The notes under the pieces are model-generated. The model was not told where the DNA came from. It ran no database searches and worked only from the letters and a program-made list of their open reading frames with translations. From the NCBI RefSeq assembly GCF_001194135.2, contig NC_068998.1, forward strand, positions 50,054,481 to 50,089,634: a DNA stretch of 35,154 nt, written 5' to 3'. Positions 12,091 through 24,777 of the stretch are shown here, piece after piece. Source of the stretch: Octopus bimaculoides (lineage: Eukaryota). A program made the position numbers and the translations under genes. The first letter of the stretch is position 1. Each line of letters begins with the position of its first letter.

Positions 12091-13667
12091 TGTGTGCATA
12101 TATACAAGCATCTATTGATATATGGAAAGTAGTTCTTTCTTAAGAATATTTATCCAAGCACACACAAATGTAGCTCTATATCGATTAACGATATTGGAAA
12201 TCCCACATGTGAATATGTAGTAGCGATTATCGAATACTTGCTACGATAATAGTGCCTTATATTTTTGAAGTCCCTGTTGTCACTATTAGTTCCAAATCAA
12301 TCTAAGCGCATCAGGTATGTCAATCTAAAATGTTGGATGGCGATTATATCCCTGTGGCTAATGTGAGCTATTTGAGTATTTCAGAAAACCTCCAGTTTCT
12401 GGTGACGTGTTCTAGATCTGCCCATATATCGTTAACAGTTCGCCCCACCAACGCCTCATTTGCTGCTGCTAAGGGCGCGGTTTTACACGGCACAACCAAA
12501 ATTCAACATCCTCAGTGTAGTTATAACAAAATGTAGGTTTGAGTGGCAATTTGTATTGTCCTCCCCGTCACAAATATAATCTGGTTCGCCCGGGTCGATT
12601 TTCTTTTTTGCTGTTTAGAGACAGCTTGACGTAATTAGTTGATTTTGTCCCAAGCCCAATGACTTGCTTTCTAACGTGTCTCTCCTACAGCTTATAATTT
12701 CAACATCGTTAATTTTGTATCAACTGCTATTCTTGCTGCTGATATTGTTGGTGTATATAACTATTTTTTGTACGTGTGCGTACCTGCGTATGTGTGACTC
12801 TGTATGTGCATGTATATGTGTGTGTGCGAGAGTGTACTTCCGAATTAATTTCATTGCGTAATCATAAAACTGTCCTAAATTTTTGATTTCGAGTAATCAA
12901 CTTTTCAGGTAGCAGAATCCTCATTCCAGGAGGTGTACAAACTAACCATTTTCCTGTATAATACTTGGTGTGATGAATCTATCGGAAAATATTTGATTCA
13001 TTCAACTAACATTGTCAAAATAATACTCAGGTTTTAATGTGTAATTTACTTCCTGAATTCTCAAATATGAAACTATAAATTTTTGAAGACAAATTTGAGA
13101 CATTTGCAATATAAAAAAAATACCAAATGAAAACAGACACTCATTATCGGAATATTTGCTTTATTTAGTTGTGCATGAAAATTATAACCAGAAAGGCAGA
13201 AACAATTGTTGATAATGGAGATGCCATCTGTAAAAAAAAAAAATAGTGAAAAAGATTATGCATATTTCGTTACAATATTTTTGTATTTAGGAAATGCTTT
13301 GGAGCTTACCTAACAAAACTATGCATTATTTGGCGAAGAAACAAGTAGGAAAATGAGAGAATGATGTATTATCTGGTCGGTTAAAAATGCTTTTGCTTGA
13401 GAGAAGACAGAGTATGCCATTCCGTAAGGCAGTGCGAATTCGGTCCACTCTGTACATGCCACATGATACCTACATGCTTTGAGTTGAAACACATCTGTCG
13501 CCGAGCTGTCCATTGTAAGCTTCTAATCTTTGCTATAATGTTACAAAATATTTAATTACTTTTCGTGAATGCCTAACATTATTCTGAAGTAAATCCTTCA
13601 TTTTCGGAACGAACAAAATGCCTCTCATATCATTTTACCCCCGTAGTATTTAATCAATTCTTTATTC

Positions 13668-14027
13668 TTTGCAGTGGCGATGCAAGAGCAGAAGCTTAAT
13701 ATGTTCGTTAGACGAAGAAATTGTTACTAGTACGTATACTCTATAAACCTACTTCTTATTTAATGGCTGACCGGCAAATTTTCGGTGAGTTAAACATACC
13801 AATACCTGTTGGCAAGCGATAATGGAGGGACAAACAGAGATACAAAGACACACACATAAACATATATGTACCACGTCTTTAAGTTTACGTGTACCAAATT
13901 CATTCACAAATCTTTGGTCGTACCAAAGTTATAGCAAACAACATTTGCTATATGTGACATGCAATGGGACTGAACATGGAACTATTTAGTTGTGAAGCAA
14001 GCTCCTTTCAACATAGCCACGCCTGCG
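13668..14027 (-). mobile_element. tRNA-derived SINE (family 2), diverged; further copies or parts at 21211-21350, 26018-26414, 27005-27190 and 27545-27705
   Basis: Copies align with each other by eye. They share TGTTTCAGTCA at the left end, an internal (CA)n/(TA)n tract, and AGTGGGACTG...CATAGCCACGCCTG at the right end (tRNA-like head on the minus strand). Confidence 0.7.
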
Positions 14028-14159
14028 TATCTATTGATATGTATAGTAGTAATAGATTTATACTATTGTAGTAAGATAGAAATGTAATCAGAGCGTATGT
14101 TCAACATCTAGATACTGTAGTCAATCGGTAGTAGTATCATAGATAATTTAATAGTTAGT

Positions 14160-14300
14160 TACATTATGTACATTTGACGGATATTTGTCCTCATCTTGTT
14201 TGCTGTTAACTCAAGGTTTCCGCTAATATACACTCCAGCCTTCATCAGGTGTCTTGGGGAAATTTCGAAACTGGGTGCTCATTCCTAACGTAATTTTCGA

Positions 14301-14334
<34 letters not shown>
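14160..14334 (-). mobile_element. Dispersed repeat (family 3) with a TAA array and a hammerhead-like motif; second copy 34690-34851, tail-only copy about 1146-1201
   Basis: CATTTGACGGATATTTGTCCTCATCTTGTTTG...CATTCCTAA(C/G)GT...(ATT)n is shared between the two long copies. Confidence 0.75.
14208..14253 (-). ncRNA. Degenerate minimal type I hammerhead ribozyme motif
   Basis: GACAC-CUGAUGA-A-GGCUG-(10 nt)-UAGCG-GAAAC-CUU-GAGUU. Core intact, stem II mostly paired, stems I and III each carry a mismatch. Confidence 0.55.
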
Positions 14335-14565
14335 GTTCAGTAGCTTTATTTTTATAACGTGCTTTCACTTCACTACCGAGCGCAGCTCTGTGCGCCTTGG
14401 GTATGTGCTGTGGTTTGCTGTGGTGCTCTTATGTTTACTGTATTGAAAGTGTTTTGCGTAGAATGTGTGCAGTACCCAGTAGTGCAATTTTCTGTATGTT
14501 ATATATATTTGTAAGTCCTGGTATTTTTGTTATGTATTTGTCTGAATATTTTTTTATTATACCTA
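14335..14565 (-). mobile_element. Young 5'-truncated R4/Dong-clade non-LTR retrotransposon 3' end
   Basis: Encodes GIIKKYSDKYITKIPGLTNIYNIQKIALLGTAHILRKTLSIQ*, matching the QKxALLGTAHILR C-terminus of this clade. Flanked by TAA repeats on both sides. Only about 2 differences from the copy at 34933-35154. Confidence 0.85.
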
Positions 14566-15495
14566 TTATTATTANNNNNNNNNNNNNNNNNNNNNNNNNN
14601 NNNNNNNNNNNNNNNNNNNNNNNNNNNNNNNNNNNNNNNNNNNNNNNNNNNNNNNNNNNNNNNNNNNNNNNNNNNNNNNNNNNNNNNNNNNNNNNNNNNN
14701 NNNNNNNNNNNNNNNNNNNNNNNNNNNNNNNNNNNNNNNNNNNNNNNNNNNNNNNNNNNNNNNNNNNNNNNNNNNNNNNNNNNNNNNNNNNNNNNNNNNN
14801 NNNNNNNNNNNNNNNNNNNNNNNNNNNNNNNNNNNNNNNNNNNNNNNNNNNNNNNNNNNNNNNNNNNNNNNNNNNNNNNNNNNNNNNNNNNNNNNNNNNN
14901 NNNNNNNNNNNNNNNNNNNNNNNNNNNNNNNNNNNNNNNNNNNNNNNNNNNNNNNNNNNNNNNNNNNNNNNNNNNNNNNNNNNNNNNNNNNNNNNNNNNN
15001 NNNNNNNNNNNNNNNNNNNNNNNNNNNNNNNNNNNNNNNNNNNNNNNNNNNNNNNNNNNNNNNNNNNNNNNNNNNNNNNNNNNNNNNNNNNNNNNNNNNN
15101 NNNNNNNNNNNNNNNNNNNNNNNNNNNNNNNNNNNNNNNNNNNNNNNNNNNNNNNNNNNNNNNNNNNNNNNNNNNNNNNNNNNNNNNNNNNNNNNNNNNN
15201 NAGATAGATAGATAGATAGATATAGATATAGATATATATATATATGCGTATACACATATATTACAGTCGAAGACATTTCTCCAGAGTGCCTAGCAGTATG
15301 AGGAAATCCGGAATTATATGGTGGGGATGCATGTGTATAATCTATGTAGAATTTTACCCCAGATATGAGTGCTAAATAATGAAACTCGAACCAATACGAC
15401 ATCGATCGACTGTGTGCAACAAATATTTCGTGATTTGAGCAATAACCTCATTGTTAAAACTTCATAATGGTCATTGGGGCCATTTTGAAAACCTT

Positions 15496-16205
15496 TTAGC
15501 AATACCTTACAATCAGCCGTGTTTTTGTAAGCTGCAATTTAACCGTATATTATTTAATAGGTATTGGTATTTATGTTTTCACAGACGATAGATATTTTAT
15601 GATCTACCAAACGTATGTTTTTCTTTGGTTAAAACCTGCTTTAACTTTATGCATAATCGAAGAAGTATAAAAGAAACTTACGAAGCACCAGTGTATCCTC
15701 TTGAAGCCGGCATGGCATGAAGGTTCGATAGACGGAGGGAAACACTCCAGAAAGTCTTTGTAACCACTGAAAGTTTTAAGCTTATCTTTAAATTTCTTTT
15801 ACAATGCAATCATTCAATACCGTACACTACTTAAACAATATAAATTAAAGAGAAAATAAGCATTCGAAGCAACACTAATTTCCATGTGGTACATGTGACA
15901 CCAATCGGACAGAATCGTAGGTATTGTTAGAATTCTAAAATGCGTGAATGTTCTACATCGTGCAAGTGTTTTATTTGCGTGCTGTGTACAAATAGCAAGG
16001 AATAAACCTTAATCGAATGGTGCTATAGCGCCTATCAGCGTTTGCTACATAGGGAGGGAAAATGACAACTATATCTAATACATGCGTTATTTATATATAA
16101 CGACCATCTGTTTTGGAACCATTTTCCACACCGGCAAATTTGGCACCTATTATTGCTTGCAAACCCGCATATATGGTATTTTATTCTAGTATATCAGAAA
16201 CTCTT

Positions 16206-16253
<48 letters not shown>

Positions 16254-18356
16254 TGAGTGTGTGTGTGTGTGTACATGTGTGTGTATTTGTATTGTGTGCG
16301 TGTGTGTGTATGATATTATTAAATGTTATGTATATAGAGAGGAAATTATGCGGAAGATTACATTAGGAACATCAAGTATATCCGATATATTAAATACGTC
16401 AATTACAATATATGTATACAAGCAAAACGAGAGGAAACAAAAGATTGAAACTTTCAGATGATGATCTTCTTTTTATGTATAAATATGTCGACATTTTTAT
16501 TGATAGTTCCAACCAGCAGAGAATACAGATGACAGAGCAAATTAAAGGTGCGGAAGAAAGTTGTGATAAATCAAATAGCTGTTTCTAGGGTGTCAGCAAT
16601 CCATAATAATGAGCCGTGTATTTCATATAAATATGCGGCCTAATGGATGCAGCTAACATTGGATGAGACGTACCTCCGTCATCAGGGTATAAAAGATCTT
16701 AATGAAGAAATGTTCAAAGAATTTGTCCTACTCTAGGCAAAAGGCCCGACATGTTATGGGAAAACGACCTGTCAATTAGATCGACCCCACTTATGGGATG
16801 ACCTGATAGATAGAGAGACTGATCGATTTAGTTATTGGTATTTTGATCAATATCTCTATGATTTTGTAAAAATATTGTATAATAACTATCGTAGAAATAA
16901 TATATTTCATACCCACAGTCTTTTCTGCTGGATGCGTACTGGAAAAATTGAGGACGACATGTTTCTTTACCCATAGCTTTGCACTCATTCCAAGAGATGT
17001 AGGAGGTGGCGGCATCTACAAAGAGAAAGTAAGTATATTTCTTTTTTATATCGTATTCTACAACATCAAATCTTATTAGAAATCCATAAGGAAATATATT
17101 TTTGAAAATGTCATTAATTGTTTCTAACAAATTTGAGGGAAAGGAAGACACAGGATTGAGGAATTCTTTGGCGTTGATATAGAGCTCATGGAAGTTAGAT
17201 GATCAGTTTTTCTTTAGAGCTAAGAACAGAGTATTAATGGGCAAACATTTGTAATACAAATATTGAAAGTGTATTTCTTTGATGGGTTTCATTTGCAAAT
17301 ATAGTGTAAACTATATATACTATTATAATTTGAAAACGGTTTAATAATATAACGAGATCAATAATATAGCCATAAAACTCAAAAATAAGGTACAGATAAA
17401 TAATATAAAAATGACAGTAAAAATACTAAATGATTAAAAATATCGACAAAATAAAAATAAACAGAAAAGACCTCTAACAAGTATAACGTTAACAAAAATA
17501 TAATATTGAATAAAATAAGTAAATAAAACAAAATCAGCTGAAGTATCCCCAAAAATAAAAGAACACCTAGGGGTGTCATATGTGTTTTTTGAGCAAATGG
17601 ATGAATATAGATTAATAAAAAATGAGAAATAATATGAATTAGAATAATAATAAAAAGGAAAATAGGGATCAGAATAAAAGTGAAATTAATAAATAAAATT
17701 GTGCTATTGGAGAGTGAGGGTTTTTATTTATACGATAGTATGCTTGTGTATGGTTATGTAAATAAACGAATATAGAAAGAAATAGGCAATGGGGTATTTT
17801 TTATACATTAATATACAATTGAGTTCTAATGATATAGATTAGAATGTATGATAAGTATCTAATTTATGGATTTGCAAATATAGTGAATTAGAAGTAATTT
17901 TGGTAATCGTTAAGAATGTGGAAATAAGTGGAGAATATGACAGCGTTTTCAGTTATACATTAATTACGTTAAAAATATTTTATACGGGCATCGGATATAA
18001 TGTTTTGATGTAATAATAGCGAGAGTGCAAAAGAAACAGATAGAGAAATATATGTGATTAACTTATTTTTTTATATTAAGAATTGTGGCCGATTTTTTAC
18101 TACAATATATTAGAAATATTTAGTATGGCCACCTATTTACATCTGTAACTATAGATATGAAAAAGTGTAAAAACATAGCATGTAATGATTTATGATAAAA
18201 ATCAGTTCTAATGGGTATCTGGTAAATAGATAGAGTATTAATCTTAGTGAATTAATGCTAGAAGAGCAAACACAAAATAGATGTGATGTCAATAATGCCT
18301 AAGTGTTGAGAAGTATTTGGGGAGCATAGAGAAGCACTTTCTTTCTCTTGTTTACC

Positions 18357-18394
<38 letters not shown>

Positions 18395-18809
18395 NNNNNN
18401 NNNNNNNNNNNNNNNNNNNNNNNNNNNNNNNNNNNNNNNNNNNNNNNNNNNNNNNNNNNNNNNNNNNNNNNNNNNNNNNNNNNNNNNNNNNNNNNNNNNN
18501 NNNNNNNNNNNNNNNNNNNNNNNNNNNNNNNNNNNNNNNNNNNNNNNNNNNNNNNNNNNNNNNNNNNNNNNNNNNNNNNNNNNNNNNNNNNNNNNNNNNN
18601 NNNNNNNNNNNNNNNNNNNNNNNNNNNNNNNNNNNNNNNNNNNNNNNNNNNNATATATACGTACATATATAAATATATGCATGTACATATATATATATAT
18701 ATATATATTTTCATGAAAGTATTGCAATTTAGATGTTACGCTTCCTGTTAATGAAATAATATTACTTACCGGATATAAGAAGAACAATAAGGATAGATAT
18801 ACTGTGCAT
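15496..18809 (-). CDS. Paralog B: small secreted six-Cys protein; MHSISILIVLLISDAATSYISWNECKAMGKETCRPQFFQYASSRKDCGGYKDFLECFPPSIEPSCHAGFKRIHWCF(LTKTRLIVRYC*)
   Basis: Exons 18809-18770, 17015-16913, 15766-15682 and putative 15531-15496. All junctions are canonical GT-AG and the frame stays open. Exons 1-3 are well supported by homology to C and D; exon 4 is less certain. Confidence 0.85.
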
Positions 18810-19149
18810 GGTGTTTCCTGTAAAATACTAGTTCTGATGTTGTATGTTTCAGTTCCTTGTTAGTTTTCTTTCCTCGATTCACTTCTTCGTTACTTTATCT
18901 TACACGATGCAATATAATGTAACAGATGTTTTATTGAGAGTGTAATGTCCTTATAATCTTTTTGTATTTTCATATGTAATGTACAATATTTGACGTTTAT
19001 ATGGTTTATGTGAGAATGTAGCATATTCAGTATTCATTTGCTCTCTATGTATCGACATGCTAAAGCAAAATGGAATGGAGATAAGCTTGTATGAAACCTA
19101 ATTAATATATACTTGATACATTCATATTGAGCAAAATATTCCAGATGTT

Positions 19150-19500
19150 GATATTACAGACCTCAACGAACTGAAGTATGAATCCGAGAATATCGCAACC
19201 CCACTATGTTGTGAAAAGAAGAGAAAACGACAACATTCCCACAAAATCCTAGTTGGCAAGAACGTATTCAACCACAAATCCAGTTACATATGTCTCACAT
19301 AGAATGATTGACAAGAATATCAAATCAACAGAAATCTGAAAATTAAAGAAAATATATATGAAAACCATACTTGACATCGAAACCTCCCTACAAACTCTCA
19401 AGCAAACAGTACGTGCTTAAGATGCCCGCATAGCCAGGTATTCGTCAAGGATAACAACAATTTTAAAAATAACGCAATCTAGTTTTACAGGAAGATAGGG
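19150..19500 (+). mobile_element. Old R4/Dong-clade LINE fragment, N-terminal region of the ORF
   Basis: Fragments DITDLNEL, PSWQERIQPQIQ, LQTLKQTVRA*DARIARY and FKNNAI*FYRKI resemble the pre-RT region of R4/Dong ORFs. Many stops. Confidence 0.6.
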
Positions 19501-21391
19501 ATAACACCTTTGACAGTGAATTCTGTGCAATTAAAAGAAGTGAATTAATGCTTTTTCAAATACAATACGGCATCTTCTCTTATGGACCGAAAGTCTGTAA
19601 ACACGGGTCCTATGTTTGTAAAAATCGGTTACTCATCAATAAGATGAACATCAGCCACTGTTAAAAAGAACAGAAGAACTTGTCGATTGCCTGAATAGAC
19701 TAAAAAAATCTTTCAAAAGTATACTAGCTAAATGGATTACGAAATGTTTGGAAATTTATAAATTAGAGATGCTTCTTATCTGTAAGTATGAGATCATGGA
19801 GAACCACTCTGATTTTGACAAGTGACAATGAATCTCTCAATGCCGGAGATCTAAGAATTTCTTGTGGTATTATCAACAGCTCTTTTGTGGTAATATCCAC
19901 ACCTCTTTTGTCTACCCTTAATACCTCTTTCGAAATTGCTCGATGAAGTACAATATAATGTTAGATAAAAATACATGCCTATTCGTATTTTGTGAGATTC
20001 CGATATCACAAGAGAAAATATGAGACGAATTTTTACACATTAAGTATCAAATATAATTTAGTTAAGATTTTCAAAACATATCTTTACCTAAACACATTGA
20101 GACACGTTTATTTCAATACATATAAAGTGACGTTTCATCAATTAATAATCGTTAGGGCAATGAATAAGTAATATATTTTGTCTTTGAAATAAAACTTATA
20201 CGTTAATATGTGTTAATCCGTAAACGTTGCTAAATACTCAAATATCAAACAATATAAACGCAAATATGAGACTATAATTTTTTTGAAGACATTTCAAATA
20301 TTTGGAAAATCAAAAGAAATACAAAATCAAAACATCGAATTTGTATTGCAGCAATTTATTTATTTGGTTTTTCTTAAATAATATCACCAGAAGTGCAGTA
20401 AGGATTGTTGATATTGGGGATGCCATCTGTAAAATGAATCATGAAGAAGATTATGCATAAATGGAGAAAGTATTGTGATATGAATTATGCAAATATTTCG
20501 TTAAAATATCTTTGCGTTTATGAAATGCTTTGGAGCTTACTTGACAAAACAATGCATTATTTGCCAAAGAAACAAATGAGAAAATGAGAGAATGATGTAC
20601 CAGTTAAAAAGAATTTTAGCTTGACAGAAGGCAGAGAATTCCTTCTCAGTGTGAATTTGGTCCACGTGGTACATCCCAGATGATACCTATATTCTATATG
20701 TTGAAAGACATCTGCCGCTGAGCTATCCACTGTAAGATTTTAACCATTGTTGTAAATATTTAATCACGTGAAATTACGTACCTTATTGTTTCTGGAATTG
20801 TTAGTGGCCTGAAAGAAAAAAATGCGAATAAGACGAATGTGAAATTATTATCGGTAACATTTAATTTATCTACACTAGAATGGTTTGGGGTTATCATGAT
20901 CATTTACTTTAGAAGAGATTATTAGAATCAATGGAACTCACTTCCTGAATTAGATGCGTTCCATCCAATAATGTGAGAATATATAAAAACTAAAAGATAG
21001 ATTCAGGGTTTATACATAAATGGCATTGTATAGAATTTTGTAAACTCTACAACATGAACTCTGCAAGATACAACAAAAAAGAAATGTTTTAGAATTTTCT
21101 TTAAGGTATCACAATTAAATATATTTTTGCGATATTAAGTTTATTCATATCTGAAGCTTTAACATCCGAGTGAAGAAATTTGCTTTGCAGTAATCTTGTA
21201 TCTTCTATATTGTTTCAGTCATTAGACTGAGGCTATGACATGGCACCACATCAAGAAACTTTAGTCGGATTTATTTTGCATTTTATGCTTGGTACTTAAT
21301 CTCTCATTGTCACTTGCCGAAGACCAAGTCTACGAACTACTTCCGATGTATTAACACGATATCACAACGGAAATTGAGTTTTTTTTTATTA

Positions 21392-21698
21392 ATGGAAGAT
21401 GGGGCTGCATGCCACACAGCGAAACGGAATCACTAATGGGTGACTGAAAATAGGATCAAAAAGCTTCCTTCGCCGAGCAAATCTCCTGACATGAACCCAA
21501 TTGAAAATCCTTGGAGCATATTAGATAGAGCTATACGAAAATCTCGATAGAAACCTCAATCTAATTTTGAATTTTTTACGATTTTTGCGTGAAAAGTAGG
21601 CAAAAATTCTACAAGAGAAAATCACAAAGCTCATCAGTTCAATGCCAAAAAGAGTTTCTGAATTAAAAACTGCAAAAGGAATGTCAACTAAATATTAA
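21392..21698 (+). mobile_element. Tc1-family transposase C-terminal fragment (pseudogenised)
   Basis: MEDGAACHTAK...SKSPDMNPIENPWSILDR...KLISSMPKRVSELKTAKGMSTKY* contains the last D and E of a DD34E-type catalytic region, with a stop and a frameshift. Confidence 0.9.
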
Positions 21699-22186
21699 CG
21701 TATGTAGTCCTACCTATCGATTACATTACAGTTGTTCGCTTTGCGTATAAAGTAAAAGACTTGAAACTTAAAGATGTCTATTTATTTCCNNNNNNNNNNN
21801 NNNNNNNNNNNNNNNNNNNNNNNNNNNNNNNNNNNNNNNNNNNNNNNNNNNNNNNNNNNNNNNNNNNNNNNNNNNNNNNNNNNNNNNNNNNNNNNNNNNN
21901 NNNNNNNNNNNNNNNNNNNNNNNNNNNNNNNNNNNNNNNNNNNNNNNNNNNNNNNNNNNNNNNNNNNNNNNNNNNNNNNNNNNNNNNNNNNNNNNNNNNN
22001 NNNNNNNNNNNNNNNNNNNNNNNNNNNNNNNNNNNNNNNNNNNNNNNNNNNNNNNNNNNNNNNNNNNNNNNNNNNNNNNNNNNNNNNNNNNNNNNNNNNN
22101 NNTTTTTTTTTTTTTTTTTTGGTTAAAACCAGCTTCAACTTTATGCATAATCGCAGAAGTATTTATAGGAAGGTTAAGAAACTTAC

Positions 22187-24613
22187 GTGGTAGCACCAGT
22201 GATTCCTCTTGAAGCGGCTATGGCATGAACGTTCGACATTAGGAGTGAAACATTTCAAAAAGTCCTTGTAACCTCTGGAAATTTAAAGCTTATCTTGCAA
22301 ATGTCGTTTACAATATCATCATTTTAGACGATTCAATACTTTAACTATATAATGTAATGAGAATGTAAGGATTCAAAGCAACACTAATTTCCATACGTTT
22401 GAAGCGGCACTGATATGACATAGTCGTAGCTATCATTAGACTTTTGAAATATGGGAATGTCCTAAATATCACAAGTGTCCTAAATATCACAAAGCAAATT
22501 AAAGGAGTGGAAAAAAGTTATAACAAGTCAAACGGCTGGTTCTAGGTTGTCGGCAAGGTACAATAAGGAGACACGTAGTTCATCAAAATATGTTGCCGTA
22601 TGAATGCAATTAACGTTGGACGTGACGCTCCTCCGTCATCAGTATATAGAAGATCTTACATTTCAGATATTTCAGATATTAACGCAGAGAAATTCAAAGA
22701 CCATTTTTATACTCTAGGCAAAAGACACGAATTTTTTGGGAAGAGGGAACAATCGATTAGATCGACCTCAGTACAAAACTGCTATTTAATTTATAGAATA
22801 CGAATAGATTGTTAGAGCAATTGATACATAGATTTATTGATATCTGGATCAGTATCTGTATGTTATGTAATACGTTTGTATAATATGTATCTTAGAAATA
22901 ATATATTTCATACCCACAATCTCTTCTGCTGGATATGTACTGGCTATATTGATAATAACATCTTTGTTTACCCAATCCTTGGCACTCTTTCCAAGTGAAC
23001 TCTGAGGTTGCAGCATCTAGAAAGTGAAAAATATAGATTTCTTTTCATAGCGTATAGGCCCACAGCAAAACTGTATTATGAAATAAAATTTTCAACATGT
23101 CGCTACTTGAGAAAATTACTATTTCTAAATCTCACAACTAGAGATATTCTGCAACAGTACTTTGGAGTAAAGATCATTTGCCAACATAACATGGCAGTTC
23201 TGGTTTAGGAGGAATGCTGCTGTAATTTAGCCTCGAACAAGGGAATCTAGGATCCCCACTCAGCTGAAAACAATATCTGTATATCGAGATTTCCGGGTTA
23301 TTTCCCTTCATCAGCACAGAGTAATTGTTCGGCAGGTTTTTATATTCATTTAACATAAATATTTTAATTTTAAATAAATCTATAGTTTTCTTAGGCTTAA
23401 ATGATAGAAAAATGCATGAGGAATTCAGAATCGTTAGACACATTTAACAAAAATTAGTAGAAAAAAATGTTATGAGGTAAAATGTCATGAAATGCAAAAT
23501 AAGTGAGGGAGTCACAAAGGGAGTACCACCCCACACAATAATTTGAAGAATATATTTCTAAAAATGAATGTTTGTAATGTAAAATTGTGAGCTGGCAGAA
23601 GCGTTAGTTCACCGGGCGTAATTATTCACGGTATCTTGTCTGTCTATACGTTCTGAGTTCAATTTCATGCGAGGTCGAATTTATATTTCGTATACGTTAA
23701 TTTTTAAATGAAATATTTAATGAAGTTATTTTTAATATGCTGTTGAAATAGGGTAAATCTAACTTTCATTATTAATTCTGTTTCAGCTTTAATTAACTTG
23801 CTTTCTGCTTTTTTTTTTGCTTTTCCTTTTTAGTTGATTTCCTTTTCTTTTAATTAATCATTTAATGCGGCTAGTTCATAAATGCGTTATATCCTTGAGG
23901 TATATGCATCTAAATTTATTGGGGCAGGATACAATCATATTTCGCTGTGTCACTCTAGGCAAATCTGACGGCATATAATAAGGCTCTCCCCAAGGACATT
24001 GGTTTATGAGAGAATTCGGAGTTGGCTTAGAAGGGAGAACCCGTGGAAAGTGAGAGATTGTATATGGGAGGAGGTATTTGAGTCGTGCCGGCCTGGTGAG
24101 CCATCGAATAACTCACAGAAATCGACAGTGGAGTGGCTATTCAAATTCACAATGGAACATGTGTAAATTGTGGAAGGTCTAACACGACATGCTAAAAGAG
24201 TGCATATGGTGGGCACTTGATTCTCATGGCAGCCAGCACACTTGTGCAGGTTGTAAGAAAATGTGCAAAAGTTCGCCTGGCCTTAAACGACATATAAGGA
24301 CATTACACGGCAACAGTAATTAATCATTTCAGTAAGTCTTCTTGGGAATGGCTTTCCTCGTGTAACGTGGGTGCAACTATAATACGTATATTCCACTATA
24401 TTATATCTATTTACTGTGCTTTTACTTATTAATGTTTCTATATGTGACAGTGGATTTTCATCGATGAGTCCATGAACCTTGTTTCTTTTCCATAAAACTA
24501 TATATATATGTATATATATGTATATATTTAATACTGTGAAACTTAATATAATTTCAATTTTTAATAAATTGATTTTAATTGAGTTTTTACCTGTAATTTT
24601 GGATTTGTATCAC

Positions 24614-24691
<78 letters not shown>

Positions 24692-24777
24692 GCAATTTAG
24701 CTTTTACAGTTCCTGCTAAGGTAATAATATTACTCACGCGATATAAGAATTGCAATAAGAATGAGTATCCTTATCAT
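22187..24777 (-). CDS. Paralog C: small secreted six-Cys protein, cationic; MIRILILIAILISHAATSEFTWKECQGLGKQRCYYQYSQYISSRRDCGGYKDFLKCFTPNVERSCHSRFKRNHWCYH... (last exon probably in N gap 21790-22101)
   Basis: Exons 24777-24738 (GTGAGT donor), 23016-22914 and 22274-22187, canonical GT-AG, open frame, phases 1/2/0. Exon 4 is expected about 150 nt beyond exon 3, which falls inside the gap. Confidence 0.85.
23950..24322 (+). mobile_element. Probable RTE-clade LINE 3' end with three decayed C2H2-type zinc fingers, in intron 1 of paralog C (opposite strand)
   Basis: GRRYLSRAGLVSHRITH, CVNCGR...LTRHAKRVH (frameshifted) and CAGCKKMCKSSPGLKRHIRTLH. The SRxGLxSH motif is typical of RTE ORF2 C-termini and there are no TGEKP linkers. 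Confidence 0.6.

Noticed and set aside
16560-16780. Conserved intron-2 block with a DLLY(P/S/T)DDG-like reading in B, C and D, considered as an extra exon
   Set aside because: Stops, frameshifts and non-conserved splice sites among copies. Exons 2 and 3 already join in frame without it.
20940-21080. Strong acceptor (TTTTTTGTTGTATCTTGCAG) followed by SCCRVY-like codons in C and D flanks
   Set aside because: It lies downstream of the conserved poly(A) signal and the frame differs between copies.
15682-23016. Dibasic sites (RK, RR, KR) suggesting a neuropeptide or insulin-like precursor
   Set aside because: They are not conserved in A or D and there is no CC motif. A single folded domain is more parsimonious.
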